DNA from: an uncultured bacterium
GTDB lineage: Bacteria; Poribacteria; WGA-4E; DTYX01; CAZRLY01
Reading direction: 5' to 3'
Assembly: GCA_964601015.1 (NCBI GenBank)
Contig: CAZRLY010000004.1
Location: 1-53,014 of the forward strand
DNA: 53,014 bases
The position numbers were made by a program, and so were the translations under genes. Position 1 is the first letter of the stretch; every line of letters starts with the position of its first letter. This document shows positions 35,301-37,965 of the stretch, one piece after another. The notes beneath the pieces were generated by a model. It had not been told where the DNA came from, did no database searches, and saw nothing but the letters and a program-made list of their open reading frames with translations.

Positions 35301-37868
35301 CTAAAATTCACGAACAGTTCGCCGATTGCAATCGCAGGCACAATTGCGGATGTATCGCCCATACAAAAACTGGAAATATCAATAAAAAAAGACGGGAAGC
35401 CCTTTGCCAGTTGGTCGAAAATAGAAATTCAAGAGGGGCAATTCGATTTTCGCTTTTCTCCCCCCAGCGATGGGCGATACGATTTCAGCTTGCGAGCTAA
35501 CGACAATCTGGGATATGAAACCCTATTAAACGATGTCGTTTCGGTCATCTACGATACTACCCCGCCTGAACATATCACAACGGTTATCTCAAACTCAGAA
35601 GAATTTCCCCTCGCACCTTCCGATATTGCTGCCGTCTCAAACGGTCAAAGAATAACCGTTAAAAGCTCGTGGGACGCAACGGATTATATGGTAACAGTGG
35701 ATATGTCCTCACTGGATTCTGAGTTCTTAGAAGAACCCATACAAATTACGGATAAAGGCGACGGGGAGTATACTCTTGAATACCAGATAAGCCCCGCAAA
35801 TAGAGAAACTGACGGTGAAAAACATATCACAATACAGGCAATAGATGTTGCTGGAAACACAACAATCGAAGAGAATATTCGCGTCAGGTTGGATAACATC
35901 GCACCGAATATACTCTCTCTTGAAACCCCGCAAAAGATATTCAAAAATGGAGCGAAGGTTACGCTAAATTTGAAGGCGGATTCCGAAGGTTATCAAGTTT
36001 TTGCGGATTTTCACCCGCTGGATACTGAATATGCTGACAGTTTGTACTCTGTCGAAGAGCTCGGCGGGGGAGACTACAACATCCACTATCACATCAGCCG
36101 GAATAACAAGACAACCGACGGCGAAATTTCTTTACCAGTATTCATAACAGACTCCGCCAACATCGCCCAACAAAACATCACTTTAACGCTCGACAATAAC
36201 CCACCCTCTATCTTATCGCTGGATGTAGCGGATAATCCAGATGGGGTTGTGGGCAACGGGGTCAAATTAACCTTGCTCCTCCTCGCTGACGCGCCCGGAT
36301 ACAAAGTTAATGCAGATTTCAGCGAAATAGATTCGGGATACAAAGACGGTGGAGAAATAGTAACTGATAACCAAAATGGAAACTACCTTATCTCCTACAA
36401 AATCAGCGATGAAAATACAATAGCAGATGGAAAAGGGTTAAAGATTTTCGTAAAAGTTGCCGATAGTGCAAACAACGAATCAAGCAAGTACATATCCGTA
36501 GATTTGGATAATACGCCGCCTGAGATAACATCTATAAAGAACGCGGACGAAGACAATATTTACAGGAACGGCGACACAATAACCATCACCTTGACGCTAA
36601 AGGATGAATCGGAATACCCGAATTCTGGCGAATCCGTCTCCCAAATTTACGCAGACTTCAGTGCTGTGGATACAGCATATTCCGCAAATAAGGTACATAT
36701 TGCACAGCCCGAAGCCTTAGAGACTTCGGCTACCAAAAACACGTATACAATCCAGTATACTATCTCACAAAATAACGCTAAGGGTAAAGATGGAACTCTA
36801 AAAAATCTGCCTGTAGTCATTACCGTTTCAGACGGAATGAACGAAACCTCCGACGACACTTTTACAATCAACTTGGATAACCACCCACCCGCCTTAACTG
36901 TAAACAGTCCGGCGGAAGGGGAGGTGGTTTTCTCACCCAAAGTTTCCGTCAGCGGAACGGTAGAGTTGGATGCAACGTTACTGATAAACGACGAGGAGAT
37001 AGCATACGACGGAAAAATACCTTCTGAGGTAGGTGTTTTTGCGATAACCCTGGACGTTAAACAGGACATAAACCACATAGAAATCAAAGCGGTGGACGAA
37101 GCCAAAAACACAACAGTCATTAGACGGGATGTAAGATACATACCCCAAGCGACGGTTGAAGAAGGCGGAAAGATAACCCTAAATGGAGAGGTGGACGACG
37201 GGATGCCAGATAATGACACACACATTAAAATTCCACCCAAGAGCTTGCGCAAAAACACCGCTATCATCATTGAGCACATCCCCAATTTTAACGGTACTTC
37301 AGCATTGCACCCGTTGGCAACATATAAATTCTCCTTAGTAGAGCAAAATACAACGAACAACACCGCCGAAACATATTCCGGAGACAGCGTGCGGTTCCTC
37401 ATCCCCGCTGAAATAACCCTGCGATATTCTGACCAGAATCTGGAAACGGAACGGAATATTAAAATCTTCCGATGGGATGGCGTGAGATGGCGTGAAGTTG
37501 GCGGCCGGCTGGACGCCGATAAAAATACCGTCACAGCAAAAGTTGATTCCCTATCCATCTACGCTGTATTTGCCACATATCCAGAACTCTACGGGGAAAC
37601 GGAAAACCGATTCAGAATAGCACAGCCCTTGCTAACTCCCAATGGCGATGGGGTAAACGAGCGGGTGGATTTCCCGCCCAACACCACCATTATCCGCATC
37701 TTTGATAAGCGGGGTAAAATAATCCGAAAGGTTAATACGAACGGTGAAACATGGAGTTGGCGCGGCAAAGATGAATCATACGTTATCGTCCAGCCAGGAC
37801 TGTACATCTATCAAGTTGAATTTGTCGATGGACAAATAAAAACAGGTACAATAGTCGTAGCAAGGTGA
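11355..37868 (+). CDS. Giant (8,837 aa) repetitive Ig-fold cell-surface / adhesin-like protein with T9SS type-B (CHU_C)-like C-terminal domain
   Basis: A single stop-free 26,514-nt frame. Signal peptide MKKTILILIIIFISSSFCYSA. N-terminal FlgD-Ig-like modules carry SPNPLSPDGDKNEDT-type motifs. Two FN3-like segments (RIRLSWP..YDIYRN, RIWLSWV..YDIYRQ). About 50 tandem ~100-aa modules are joined by F-x-YDT-x-PP junctions and contain SGID..S.I.L.GP.G and ATDGSDDGEYT...D.AGN motifs. The C-terminus (LLTPNGDGVNERVDF...IRIFDKRGKII...WSWRGKDES..VQPGLYIYQVEF...GTIVVAR) resembles a CHU_C domain. Confidence 0.9.
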   Translation: MKKTILILIIIFISSSFCYSATISQLQISPNPLSPDGDKNEDTCKISFMLDVPVDVIIRISDRADNVVLEDKRKRKSGLNEYVWEPGAGTLSDGDYTVNIIIDGETKASSSVTIDTQPIINFFVANGLSPVLPNPFSPDGNGINDSLTIRYRLAIRSKVFINIDNGSIILDLGTVDAGTNEYIYTPAVDTFQNDGIHQLEIVADTDNDGIDEFDPKTESYSVRVDIAGPRITNLRTEPDSLSPSSGEVEDNVSITISFNLSENALVSILIKDASHNELLSDTRMRDAGLNSYVWEFGQPIGDGLYTILAVADEGKNGIDDDEQITTHLLVTDVPAANIITNISVNPNPYSPNKHDKVDITFVLSNDANVQIKLSGAIIDEYQQRRAGINKFLFTPTGIPDGIHEIAINVDFNGDGTADKQITTAYVIDSTPPIISNISVFPSRLSPNGDGLNDFAEISFMVSGTSPQPIPPSVDPNGSVGIFEFDDEGSGKWLSAPPLPIPAGARLSVTPLAAPEETISLTISGTYRGSVVTDEIGLLEGEMLSKITLSAYDSVTDITDVKGANVGEKIWIAWFTGNVAVNIYTQEGELKTIVLVKPSFHGDGLYRAEWLPSEFIEDGNYIFRIIAQDDVGNSSQQSGGISTSRTSIEIKNPNVSSKRISPLEQDTITDELIISFELSKPGTVTAKILDLHQTPPEEVRILSPQEGTPLNYTVVWDGKDEDGFYVCLLGDTGIEKTYSFTIAAIDTETSDVVEYNGTVIVDNERPSAPTVKISPPNNRDEGMENQPTNQTEITVKGVAEPASTVEIKIDGVIIGSVAADSATGEYSMPDISITEGMHRITARAIDSAGNRGTEAYVEDDSLAERGYYNEKGVYIKGYYVVDITKPTTNIKNVLFKNVLGEEEMSEYISLGWYSSSVTINLTAEDNYSKEGKIDTFAKAIRLEDAQEQTPPTEEDLTDSIIIEEDGIYELKYFSRDAAGNIEEVKTAINQVKIDKIPPESIITKLVAGGQTVKEDEFDAPIIFTKSPIFIRGTASDKMQDSGITGSGINKVEVGISKDGEPMTDDDWYTADGASMGSWTLNFAPEATGLYEIASCATDNAGNKETYTDKIRIYFTAVYDTAFAISLSQGRIRLSWPLVDGVEKYDIYRNTVEEFDQGNRVAENLEFANWVDDKPKEDGNRYYYWIKKAGAEASEPALFPVINAVCDKNSPVGEITSIEVEISNTLVKYTEFENIPPLKNTPIIVNGTATDEVSGVSRIEIGIKKDGGQIDWSPIDVVNPGEPGGSPSVTFSYKFVPTHTGSYLIQLRVTDEVGNSNIVGIPPSGSPLTIDFLIEGTATPISDGRIWLSWVPQASATGYDIYRQTTPAFDPNTNPIATVISPTWLDTNTIDGTKYYYWVTPKGSLKPESRNPLAYAISDSRPPQIENIAASPTPFTPDGDRLDDQTTIYFTLTEECYATLHIYNSDGEILKKLLVNQHLTAGDQLVVWDGIKDDGKGAPPGIYTFKFERTETFDLAGNTLLQDITGTVEIHESALTLSHLYVKPNPFSPDGDKINDSTYINYVLSAKADYVAVNIFDTVSGVQSRINSIYVEALRYVYDAGSGRWVAVHVRDGIPTGKSNEHYYLAPVDPKDPTEPPFEFEEIPDMAPTIDDYLANYQTENPNWVPVSFAVKWTGGGAANQGAYIFQILAADTAGRRSLEKTGEIILESINVVPNDKTPPVVVQTYPIEESEVHEQLTKVWAELSDGQGVGIDLSQCTIRLQGSSGTISGEQSNNGSNRITWELDEPLNQYGKDDGAYYIIISTIDLASNRSPGLLVHKFTYNMKAKDVFLPSVTRADIIVIDQETKENRYPLAYDENPALIENGLIPDDRNTGDILQFKEEFDIVRAHITDQSQASPYNTGIDFNNSIISIINPYGQVLEGYRQDTLDSEEDLWNGALIYQLDSTQILDYGEYKIEVVPYDNAGNSGRKLTYTFRYQTDEDTTEPDNKPPKQPEIKFLLPDEPKIIIKVKDASTEEQPSSGINYQETQDSIKVLLDGSTVAGNITYTSGKDVETGDVMCSFEFTITSPSSAGLVEGRYTVEVVSVDNNGLTYPEDGKPYTLFFLLDNTSPEVTPGYPKEGDIFQFFPELVYVKLKDDVSAIDQSNSAIKLLNPDNGEIPWITEFKLDEGEKEAELILKAPEGDNPEIQKLIIDGWYRLCVIAADVSGNRNAEEQHITFRFDPNATDVLMEPAADSRKNGDINEIRFTFSNRSVDFDLNAATVLIDLKGLDGISIIGPPASTINKSTAVFTPTVPLTIDGWYSITLTLKDDEENTIDFVKGFRYDNTPPEILGDVDINLDELYVSATVEDMGDASGIDANRTGVVLFGGTESAATERVPGYLDNSVTVTENINDGGKQVEIVRQLTSKWVYKQSLPSGGYTIRVTAVDEAGNAKSSDVTFNIDAQPPVLSNAEMTILESGEETTTQIDVNLAPEARPINYLVKEITTTLSDDQTGLNLKESSIQLWFSLTKASVREEIISSVQSKPPASLTVSPTVPLSLSGYYTLSITVADLSGNEANLEWQFLFDNIPPNIGAIKAVGGISDYEISENDIIFAQFSEIKVELDDEGTSMDTIDTSLLVRNNTTGNIVAGKLNNTETDSSWIASKTLESGTYILEITAVDEANNSTQKTINFSVDARNTPQLVKLVAGQSATESNVPYSGGIVSKMFHKLTATLEALEDTTLALAQSQITLIGPNGKVEGTQSLISESDKKGSIIFTLDNPPTIDGTSDGRYTIEIDAADDTKFLPRHFTVEFIYDTMSPVISRLILEGKEYQFADETVYANDVNSLTIVLSDSSGIDMEATNFVVKYPDSPDDITYKGSDLSVSPFIFSLPLENLSANGTYILEVLPVDVAGNRPSSPYQARFVFDTTAPQIASSTPVADTTATGVLSTITVTLTDGSGSGVAPELSSLMLTKNDVPIDGVLSYDVDTLTWEFLTPLSANTPSADGLYCITVSAEDRLGNQQTHSFNFNYAASSPLLISTTPEQNEWTKGPVTEIQAVFRTQTQGDIGVSNITLIRQPFDKDTAIVVVDSEDAAIEKLNANEYRLGYVLLGLLEDGYYQIKIDLSYDESAKANYESVFYYDASPPYINNLCLGRVYTVAQDKNTFPADGSATNTPLKEVSVTFADNVGVDAQKVNLSLIGPRGEIDASQVTEGQTPAPTRNTISLQFPILSANGSADGEYRLVVSSIADTLGNTAATPEEITFIYDTTPPSIVSLTPSPDISVTSPIDSVIVTLTDNLNPMGETVKGSGVDTTTSWVRLIGISGEPILASSNINQEADEYVLTLSFAALAGDGSADGTYAIEVYSQDRVGNTSQITKFNFNYTTEGPILASVNPPDKSGLNVPLNQVKVQFAPNKGRELDLDASHITINGPNGIVSGNTVRSEVSPEDTLLYIFDEPVGYDGQYTVDITAVDKEGAQAHYSTSFYCDTQPPQIARDAKGKLMIIPSPGSMVNGALTEIRAKLTDAGMGIDLNNSIIQLTGQAGSILAPDLSLGGELTNNGVDEVIFTLSNPLSPEKGTNGLYTVNVIPVDKLGNAAPTITQFTYDTIAPTLVSTSPEVGAVITEPIDSIEVVLTDSAGSGLNVANTQITVTIDGDTILDGKQIYDGNNTFLWYFNEALSVDQTDALSLTVTISTEDNLGNARIITCDFNYTTVAPVLLSVSPEENSKLNTPIKEIRAVLKDRSHTGIKFGGASYIMLSKTPFSGTEVLIAGTLDDNGNDTLIFTPDDNLSTDGQSDGMYNLIIVAADNAEHVALYKKSFFYDTQPPTAQVISPEVDVTSDSISRISARLTDEGVGIDLNSSEITLASPSGSITGQKVHDGVDTISLLFPQLPMDGTADGIYTITVIPVDLSSNSPAVPLRKSFTYDTTPPSIVSVKSGGQALHSLPEIQIMAPISSLSVTLEDVNGIALSSSSLSLRSPNGNIEGGESQKLEVSQQRATLQLNFETPLILQGMYLLTVDAYDKLYNFVKIEYELEYSINAPTLASMNPPHKSVTNTPISSITVLLDDKGGEGIDTSVSTISVLGPNAEGTQHIPAELPLTPGLLEWDFTFPLATDGTQDGKYTVSIVAVDKKTRGVLTLTDDNSRYFIYDTQPPEVLSIFGETVEIKGELRDGLVISDRLSYISAHLNEGDEFILSEGTSPLKTETTAGIDLMASDIKLTGPSGEITAQKSNDGKETLRLQFPALTDDGLYTVEVTPVDKVGNTTAYPTKVTYLLDTTPPQLVSTVPADGVIAPSGLTSVKALVSDEGSGVDGNNSSIKLFDANGELVEGETVLSGESELTYYVSSSPLSQGEHTIEVYVADKSKNLLNVPQANCSTYISKFSVSTQISQSVIVTPTDNAALREPIDEVTAVFADDDGTTVSIDVENSSINVVKVTGEQLPITLSGELTYDVKYNKLVFTFDRQFATDGSDDGYYEIFISVASTGFVLGDGIYPPKTGIKEIQYQPTSFRYDTTAPSINLVYPAEGSIVVSQIAQISALLEDVAIDLGNSSIKLKGPSGFVIGNQVDNGVDTLIYRLFSPLAINGSDDGTYTVQVEPKDLLGNGYPVPKEFNFLYDTQPPTLIKSEPAANTTVLVPLEKISLTFSDLTGVDATKSNISLTGPGGLVPGSLVPGDWSAISNHQYPITFVFSEPLDANSEEDDGDYTVNLQLIDKAGNKQETSFTFTYTTISPGITTLVPKANTYVNSLKDITVLLYDNSGTGIDVTRSTIGLEGPNGDVPGQLTTEGIDTLIFTPDNNTGLSLRDDGEYVITIVAYDNAHHSAHYQRIFYYDTQPPDVESLSPANGSALNSPFSVSATLSDNLSGVDITLSTIELKGPGGELIGEQTSDGKNTLVCSFAPFATDGSFVLSDGIHPLKTETDDGVYTISILPVDIAGNKPAEPISASFHYDTQPPEVSSTYPLADSTIREVISSVSVALTDDGSGLDLGNSTISLTGPNGAVLGELSDDGISKVFFNFETLRHDGSDDGEYKIGVVAVDKAGNSGSVVLRPDKETISFFYYSDAPELVSTTPKAGEGLQTPIYEVSATLKDVSGTGLDLSQTTLRLIGEDGIPVSGGQSDNAVPGQIQHTATVTFTLHHPFATDGSQDGEYVLHIDAKDKRGKQGNYKVHFFYDTMAPSVLSVFPEDNAIINSPFSVVEGKLTDEHAQVDLFSSTIRLIGPNGEVKGIGKNDGEDTIKLSFSLLLTDGSDDGEYTLSIMPVDLLGNTLATPLTYTFLYDTMPPVVVETIPAKDEIIAGSAVSGFNIRVTLDDGDGSGVDADWRDGEPLLRITDDEGREISGEQYFVSHDGIHPFETETTAVPHLKGTLMDLVLPLSDLSLPPSITSSRYYIHVVCADIAGNKGEEVRIPFSFDYQPPVLVKMTPEAGKMVNGIIDEINIEISDEGSGVNAENTLITVLSPDGNEIIGEYPNTPTPQNPITFSFRPTVPLSVNGWYTITIEAQDFANNKINITPSFFYDSIPPQIDEVVALPSSTLITEGGVIGGTINSITAGISDVGNAPLTGSSGIDVKNTKVVLREKLDEESIDEWNTVPGALNNSDTATIWNVSSTDGLTQSGLYKIEISVFDQAGNASNRTINFRYSDTPSQMPELVVLTPAHSARLNKPISVVTAQLKDNSGSGIDFSSSTIEVSGAGISQADTISNDQIDIVLWHFASPLATDGSDDGIYLVNINAVDNAGNSKVFPTIKFTYDTQAPQVQGMYTPKTADAEISGVGGIAKSISEVSAILADAGGTGIDVEKSNITLEDSDGKLIDGEHNNGVFVSHEGIHPLKTETVEEGSSTLLLQYRFSPLRADGTDDGIYTIKILSADVLGNTTALQYQFRYDTSAPTIKNATPKPAAIVVASIGSVRVELTDGVGVDVEESTITVTGPEGAEVVLGANKEFFSSPTQNGEDALIYVFAHPLKMDGSHDGIYTVSVYAVDLLGNFFRYNYDFTYTATAPALVSITPRDEEEINEPIDEIVAILNDRSGKGIDVNRTSLKLFSSVGEIEGVGGISPDGSSVFLRLDRSLATDGTDEGLYTIKLEAVDNSGASVTYISTFLYDTRPPEVISTVPDESSYLAKSPLPPFTKGGGISVVSARFRDDGVGINLRDSEINLVQAPTVLVGEKTDNGADRISFNFSPFATDGSDDGEYTIRIIPVDRLGNKPIVPIEKKFFYDTTPPNVVEVTPMGDSTLLSPISRVTVMLEDTAPDSSLGVGVDFTLSSLSLSGPNGKVNGTAGKDNENSLWLDFPPLKSDGSADGTYTLEVLPVDMLGNAPVKPMEYQFTYNTKAPMLLNISPANNALLNTPTSQISAVVGKGLDLNRCRISVEGEGVSPSDFYSTLGTDTLVYSFAERFATDGSDDGEYIVTIVAMGKPPVSATYTTRFTYDTQPPLVEVGSFSLSYLSDGATKTFPNEISVQLADAHAGVDFVLGDGIHPPKTEIVERSSLKLFGPTGEIAGRNTNNGVDTIKLDFSSDVLTNLNDGVYTIQVKPVDKLGNKTATPYSFRFRLDTTPPTVVGVCLERRYTPAQDRDSRVVSGGLVTGDQSPIVITSPFERIEVSLNDEGVGVDVESLKLRLLGPDGVMDGDVREVTPKDAEDVTLQWNLTTPLKGDGNDDGEYAIEVVAADALGNSVLTTIDIVYLTTVPELISVNGYVYQNTEKPLFATRIPLQNVTVMFKDRSGTGIDFDKSRLELQGPGVSESDRIDNNGTNELSWVFAHPLATDGSDDGLYILNVTVADKSPNSINYAPISFLCDTTAPTVEHWSIGALEQWSKELQRPDTFIIASPFDEIEVILADNGVGVDVENSTIKLVGPNGPVKGTMTNDGVDTLRLRFEQRKDNGSDDGEYVILVNPKDKLGNGATIALSETFLYDTQPPKLSDTHPVEGETITTPLKEISVVLIDNLSGVDVANTSISVTGPNGPVLGDISFFVLSEGIHPLKTETGEDGDREPPLQFIFKEELASDGTDDGTYTIIVVPVDNAGNVAEGMRGIEFTYTTTSPLLISTIPKANSNLNSALTYISATIKDQSGSGLDLDNSRILLSGQKGMVSGSSQNDGDNTLLFYLDAPLSNDGSDDGEYEMSILATDKTGANANFVRRFLYDTTAPEVKLLIPPDTSAFSTPISKISATLEDTGSGVDVANSTIGLKGPKGEIVGQKTNDGVSVISLEFGSGTDAMDDGIYQILILPVDNAGNSPPQKITSSFICDTRPPEVVKAHAGAGSIVISFPFSGEGTPSRSVEVAIDKIEVTLRDELSGVDVDNSTLSLIGPRGKVDGITKIKVESGNGKGGSTMMAPYFPLSTFTFVFAPLPLDGTANGEYRIEVTAVDMASNVLADSFVGSFIYQPTAPELLSTTPSDGSKLSMPINTISAVLIDRKGSAPTQSGISLQGTQMRVFSPGGDELSGKLTKETVDEGKAELTLHLEKLFATDGSEDGRYGIYITTVDNRGNSGEYSLQFTYDTTAPKVVGTVPADDAILNTPLSNVSASLSDAYAGIDLVASSISLYKGKLGQNPNEPASGPILSVDGIQKNDGDSMIKLDFPTLSTNGSDDGIYIIDIMPVDMLKNTLVSPERYTFIYDTTAPQLIKTEPASAVVVTGIRLFKVSASFHDDGGMDVTSSEIMLTGPNGNTITGEISTPPEVLANSATGDVTITFYFDTSLSVEGDDDGEYRINIKAVDMANNTKEYTSTFIYESGSIDAPKIEYISVQPLAFSPNADGIHDTTQISYQLDRASSVTAEILAPQSGTGDTREIVRLLANKQIQPPGRHTLTWNGVGSVAAQLRPATQSTPIFAPDGEYVVRIVATDMTSNKTQTRKTHVILDTQPPAVGVPTLSSNPITPNGDGLADTTTLSFSISNSNPTDGLKIDFYESDGVAKLPSSVVIPTFVGDGMYSVTWDGTDGISNVPLPDGEYRFVIKAFDEAGNSRTQSGVLLLDSSPPQINIFFSDIKVELRRELEEEFRSLSTTSTLKFTNSSPIAIAGTIADVSPIQKLEISIKKDGKPFASWSKIEIQEGQFDFRFSPPSDGRYDFSLRANDNLGYETLLNDVVSVIYDTTPPEHITTVISNSEEFPLAPSDIAAVSNGQRITVKSSWDATDYMVTVDMSSLDSEFLEEPIQITDKGDGEYTLEYQISPANRETDGEKHITIQAIDVAGNTTIEENIRVRLDNIAPNILSLETPQKIFKNGAKVTLNLKADSEGYQVFADFHPLDTEYADSLYSVEELGGGDYNIHYHISRNNKTTDGEISLPVFITDSANIAQQNITLTLDNNPPSILSLDVADNPDGVVGNGVKLTLLLLADAPGYKVNADFSEIDSGYKDGGEIVTDNQNGNYLISYKISDENTIADGKGLKIFVKVADSANNESSKYISVDLDNTPPEITSIKNADEDNIYRNGDTITITLTLKDESEYPNSGESVSQIYADFSAVDTAYSANKVHIAQPEALETSATKNTYTIQYTISQNNAKGKDGTLKNLPVVITVSDGMNETSDDTFTINLDNHPPALTVNSPAEGEVVFSPKVSVSGTVELDATLLINDEEIAYDGKIPSEVGVFAITLDVKQDINHIEIKAVDEAKNTTVIRRDVRYIPQATVEEGGKITLNGEVDDGMPDNDTHIKIPPKSLRKNTAIIIEHIPNFNGTSALHPLATYKFSLVEQNTTNNTAETYSGDSVRFLIPAEITLRYSDQNLETERNIKIFRWDGVRWREVGGRLDADKNTVTAKVDSLSIYAVFATYPELYGETENRFRIAQPLLTPNGDGVNERVDFPPNTTIIRIFDKRGKIIRKVNTNGETWSWRGKDESYVIVQPGLYIYQVEFVDGQIKTGTIVVAR
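20741..20780 (-). repeat. 40-nt palindromic in-frame element, family A, inverted copy
   Basis: Sequence TCTCTGTCTTGGGCGGGTGTACACCGTCGCCCAAGACAAA. It is the reverse complement of the family consensus with one loop substitution. Translated as LCLGRVYTVAQDK. Confidence 0.9.
21934..21953. repeat. Perfect 20-nt palindrome CCCCAGACTTAAGTCTGGGG inside the giant CDS
   Basis: Self-complementary over all 20 nt. Encodes APDLSLG. A near-identical copy lies at 30031-30050. Confidence 0.9.
23871..23910 (+). repeat. Family A element, divergent loop
   Basis: Sequence TTTATCTTGAGCGAAGGTACGTCCCCGCTCAAGACAGAGA. The arms TCTTGAGCG and CGCTCAAGA are retained. Translated as FILSEGTSPLKTET. Confidence 0.8.
24750..24789 (+). 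repeat. Family A element
   Basis: Sequence TTTGTCTTGGGCGACGGTATATACCCGCCCAAGACAGGGA. Translated as FVLGDGIYPPKTGI. Confidence 0.9.
26010..26049 (+). repeat. Family A element
   Basis: Sequence TTTGTCTTGAGCGACGGTATACACCCGCTCAAGACAGAGA. Translated as FVLSDGIHPLKTET. Confidence 0.9.
27321..27360 (+). repeat. Family A element, variant arms
   Basis: Sequence TTTGTCTCTCACGACGGTATACACCCGTTCGAGACAGAGA. The GTCTC/GAGAC pairing is compensatory relative to the GTCTT/AAGAC pairing of other copies. Translated as FVSHDGIHPFETET. Confidence 0.85.
28565..28581 (+). repeat. Truncated family A remnant (loop plus right arm only)
   Basis: GTATACACCCAAGACAG matches the loop and right arm of the consensus, but no left arm is present. 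Translated as MYTPKTA. Confidence 0.55.
28746..28785 (+). repeat. Family A element
   Basis: Sequence TTTGTCTCTCACGAGGGTATACACCCGCTCAAGACAGAGA. Translated as FVSHEGIHPLKTET. Confidence 0.85.
29646..29685. repeat. Nested C-run/G-run palindrome containing a G9 homopolymer, in frame in the giant CDS
   Basis: Sequence AAATCCCCCCTGCCCCCCTTTACCAAAGGGGGGGGGATTT. Inner stem is CCCCCCTTT/AAAGGGGGG; the outer ends are AAATCCC../..GGGATTT. Encodes KSPLPPFTKGGGIS. Confidence 0.9.
30031..30050. repeat. Second copy of the 20-nt palindrome (CCCCAGACTCAAGTCTGGGG)
   Basis: 9-bp arms with a 2-nt centre. Encodes APDSSLG. Confidence 0.9.
30693..30732 (+). repeat. Family A element (consensus copy)
   Basis: Sequence TTTGTCTTGGGCGACGGTATACACCCGCCCAAGACAGAGA. 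Translated as FVLGDGIHPPKTEI. Confidence 0.95.
30967..31006 (+). repeat. Family A element, same DNA orientation but read in a different frame
   Basis: Sequence TTTGTCTTGAGCGAAGGTATACACCCGCTCAAGACAGAGA. Translated as VCLERRYTPAQDRD rather than FVLSEGIHPLKTET. Confidence 0.95.
32199..32238 (+). repeat. Family A element
   Basis: The 40-nt sequence is identical to the copy at 30967-31006. Translated as FVLSEGIHPLKTET. Confidence 0.95.
33242..33317. repeat. Imperfect ~30-nt-arm palindrome built from GTGGAAA heptamers, in frame in the giant CDS
   Basis: Left arm AAAAGTGGAAAGTGGAAATGGAAAAGGAGGAAGTA. Right arm TACTTTCCCCTTTCCACTTTCACCTTT. Encodes KVESGNGKGGSTMMAPYFPLSTFTF. Confidence 0.8.
34623..34641. 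repeat. Perfect 8-bp-stem hairpin CCCCAGTC-AGG-GACTGGGG in the giant CDS
   Basis: The reverse complementarity is visible directly. Encodes PQSGTGD within a FlgD-Ig-like module. Confidence 0.85.
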
Positions 37869-37898
37869 GTGGATTGAATATTGAAGATTGAAGATTGA
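37864..37898 (+). repeat. TGA-ladder element containing the giant gene's stop codon
   Basis: Sequence GGTGAGTGGATTGAATATTGAAGATTGAAGATTGA. TGA occurs at 37866 (the in-frame stop), 37875, 37882, 37889 and 37896; the last four have a 7-nt period. Confidence 0.85.
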
Positions 37899-37965
37899 TT
37901 TCACGCCTGTAGCGTAGCGCCATAAGACGAATACTGGTTTAGGCTTGCTACTTCCCGTTATAAAG

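Noticed and set aside
11639-37807. Dozens of 60-300-aa minus-strand ORFs inside the giant gene, for example 36647-37558, 17720-18307 and 20711-21292
   Set aside because: They are antisense shadows of a long repetitive plus-strand ORF. They are S/P/T-rich and lack starts with an SD, and the plus frame is continuous across all of them.
11355-37868. Whether the giant gene is a diversity-generating retroelement (DGR) target or a pseudogene
   Set aside because: The window has no reverse transcriptase and no template/variable repeat pair with adenine-specific differences. The frame is intact over all 8,837 codons.
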